DNA from: an uncultured Verrucomicrobiae bacterium
GTDB lineage: Bacteria; Verrucomicrobiota; Verrucomicrobiia; Chthoniobacterales; UBA10450
Assembly: GCA_963726745.1 (NCBI GenBank)
Contig: CAVSDR010000006.1
Coordinates: 64,001 to 128,000 of the forward strand
Direction of reading: 5' to 3'
DNA: 64,000 nt
Shown here piece after piece: positions 62,472 to 64,000 of this stretch; positions within the stretch are counted from its first letter, which is position 1; every line of letters begins with the position of its first letter. The translations under genes and the position numbers were made by a program. Below the pieces are notes generated by a model, which was not told the origin of the DNA, searched no databases, and was given only the letters and a program-made list of their open reading frames with translations.

Positions 62472-62509
62472 ACCAAACGCCCGGCGCCTCCGGGCTTAGA
62501 AAAAACAAA

Positions 62510-62887
62510 ATGAAACCAATGAAAACCCTGTTCGGAATCGCCGCGCTCGCGGCCCTCATCACCAGCCCAATCCTCGCCGCTGAGGAGAAGCATGAACACG
62601 CCGCCGGCGACATGAAAAAGGTCACCGGCGAAGTGGTTGACCTGGCCTGTTACGTCGATCACGGCGCGACCGGCGAGAAGCACGCGGATTGCGCAAAGAA
62701 ATGCATCGAGAACGGATTGCCGGTGGGCTTGAAGTCGGCCGACGGCAAGACCTACCTCCTGATCGGAGACCACATGCCGATGAACAAGGACCTCGCGCAA
62801 TACGCTGCCAAGACGATCACCGTCGAAGGCAAGGTCGTCTCACGCGATGGCGTGAACCTGATCGAGAACGCCAGCATTCAGAAATAG
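62510..62887 (+). CDS. exported Cys/His-rich hypothetical protein
   Basis: Signal peptide, KHEH, VTGEVVDLACY..H..KHADCAKKCIENGLPVG. Confidence 0.78.
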   Translation: MKPMKTLFGIAALAALITSPILAAEEKHEHAAGDMKKVTGEVVDLACYVDHGATGEKHADCAKKCIENGLPVGLKSADGKTYLLIGDHMPMNKDLAQYAAKTITVEGKVVSRDGVNLIENASIQK

Positions 62888-62898
62888 CCGGCAAGATC

Positions 62899-63396
62899 AT
62901 GCTCGAGCACCTCAGCAATCCGGAATACGTCCACACTTTGCTGAACCCGTTGCCGGTCTACGGACTGGTGACGGGGGTGCTCGCCTTGATCATCGCCCTG
63001 GTGACGCAAGCGCGCGCGGCGCGGGTCACGGCGCTGGCGATTGTCTTCCTCGCCGCGGCTTCGGCGTGGCCAGCCTTCGAATACGGCGAAAAAGGTTACG
63101 ATCGCGTCCTCTCCATGTCCGACAGCGACGGCGCCGCCTGGTTAAAAGAACATGCGCATCGCGCCGACAAATTAATTTATCTCTTCTACGCGTTGGCAGC
63201 GCTCTCCGCAGCCGGCCTGGTGGTCGAATGGAAGGGCTCCGCCAAAGCGGCCACCGCCGTGGCCTTGGTCACGGTGCTGCTCGCAGGCGCGACGCTAGGT
63301 TCCGGCGTCTACATCGCGTATGCAGGCGGTCGCATCCGGCATCGGGAGTTTCGCTACGAGCCTCCGCCCAGCCCCCCGCCGGAAGGAGAGCACTGA
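62899..63396 (+). CDS. four-TM membrane protein (DUF2231-like)
   Basis: YVHTLLNPLP, EH..RA, AGGRIRHREFR. Confidence 0.72.
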   Translation: MLEHLSNPEYVHTLLNPLPVYGLVTGVLALIIALVTQARAARVTALAIVFLAAASAWPAFEYGEKGYDRVLSMSDSDGAAWLKEHAHRADKLIYLFYALAALSAAGLVVEWKGSAKAATAVALVTVLLAGATLGSGVYIAYAGGRIRHREFRYEPPPSPPPEGEH

Positions 63397-63434
63397 GTTG
63401 CGACTCCCCTGCCCTGCCTTACCTTAGGCGGGAG

Positions 63435-63989
63435 ATGAAGGCAGCGGCGGAAATCGACCCAAACATGACCATGCGCGACCTGCTCCGGGCGTTTCCGGGC
63501 GCGCAGCGGGCGATGTTTCGGAAGTATCACATCGGTGGTTGCGCCAGCTGTGGTTTTTCGCCGGACGAAACGCTCGCCGGTGTCTGCGCGCGCAACGAGA
63601 ACGTCGAGGTCGAGGAAGCGATCGCGCACATCCTCGCGAGCGACGAAGCGGAGCGCGCGATGCAGCTCACGCCGCAGGAATTAGCCGACAAATTGACCGC
63701 GAACGAACGGCTTCACCTGCTCGATGTGCGCACGCGCGAGGAGTTCGAGGCCGTCCGGCTCCCTGGCGCCGAGCTCTTCACCCAGGAATCGATGCAGGGC
63801 ATCTTGAGCGATTGGGCGCGCGAAGAGTTGCTCGTGATTTACGATCATCAGGGCGCGCGCAGCCTCGACGCGGCCGCTTATTTTCAAGGGCACGGCTTCA
63901 CGAATGTGAAAAGCCTGCGCGGTGGGATTGATGCTTACAGCGCCGAGGTCGACGCCTTGCTGCCGCGCTACGAACTGGAGCCGGCATGA
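63435..63989 (+). CDS. rhodanese-like domain protein with an N-terminal GGCxxC domain
   Basis: FPGAQRAMFRKYHIGGCASC; LLDVRTREE, VIYDHQGARS, SLRGGIDAY. Confidence 0.85.
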   Translation: MKAAAEIDPNMTMRDLLRAFPGAQRAMFRKYHIGGCASCGFSPDETLAGVCARNENVEVEEAIAHILASDEAERAMQLTPQELADKLTANERLHLLDVRTREEFEAVRLPGAELFTQESMQGILSDWAREELLVIYDHQGARSLDAAAYFQGHGFTNVKSLRGGIDAYSAEVDALLPRYELEPA

Positions 63990-64000
63990 GCGACGAGAAT

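Overview
GC-rich (roughly two-thirds by eye) bacterial chromosomal window, most likely Verrucomicrobiota/Chthoniobacterales (inferred from a Verrucomicrobia-type LexA box and lineage-typical protein families). It holds tilS, a TetR-regulated RND pump, a bacillithiol-like operon (exported PIG-L deacetylase, small membrane protein, Na+/solute symporter, half-size BshC-like, bshB, bshA), tRNA-Arg(CCT), a CusRS-like pair with a TonB receptor, aroF-trpG-trpE, a CheB/CheR-PAS kinase with NarL partner, an ECF sigma factor, ftsY, msrB, lipA, recR, a ClpX-like ATPase and a copper cluster (copA, cusCBA-like, accessory genes). About 15 single-base frameshifts look like long-read errors. The strongest unexplained signals are (1) two related non-palindromic motifs, GCCTAACGA (25 exact copies by manual count) and GCTGGCTAA (13 exact copies), scattered on both strands inside genes, like DNA-uptake or nucleoid-organising sequences, and (2) a LexA-boxed, apparently leaderless mini-operon encoding a 31-aa peptide with a beta-clamp-binding-like motif and a zinc-ribbon protein. 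No mobile elements, CRISPR arrays or rRNA were seen.
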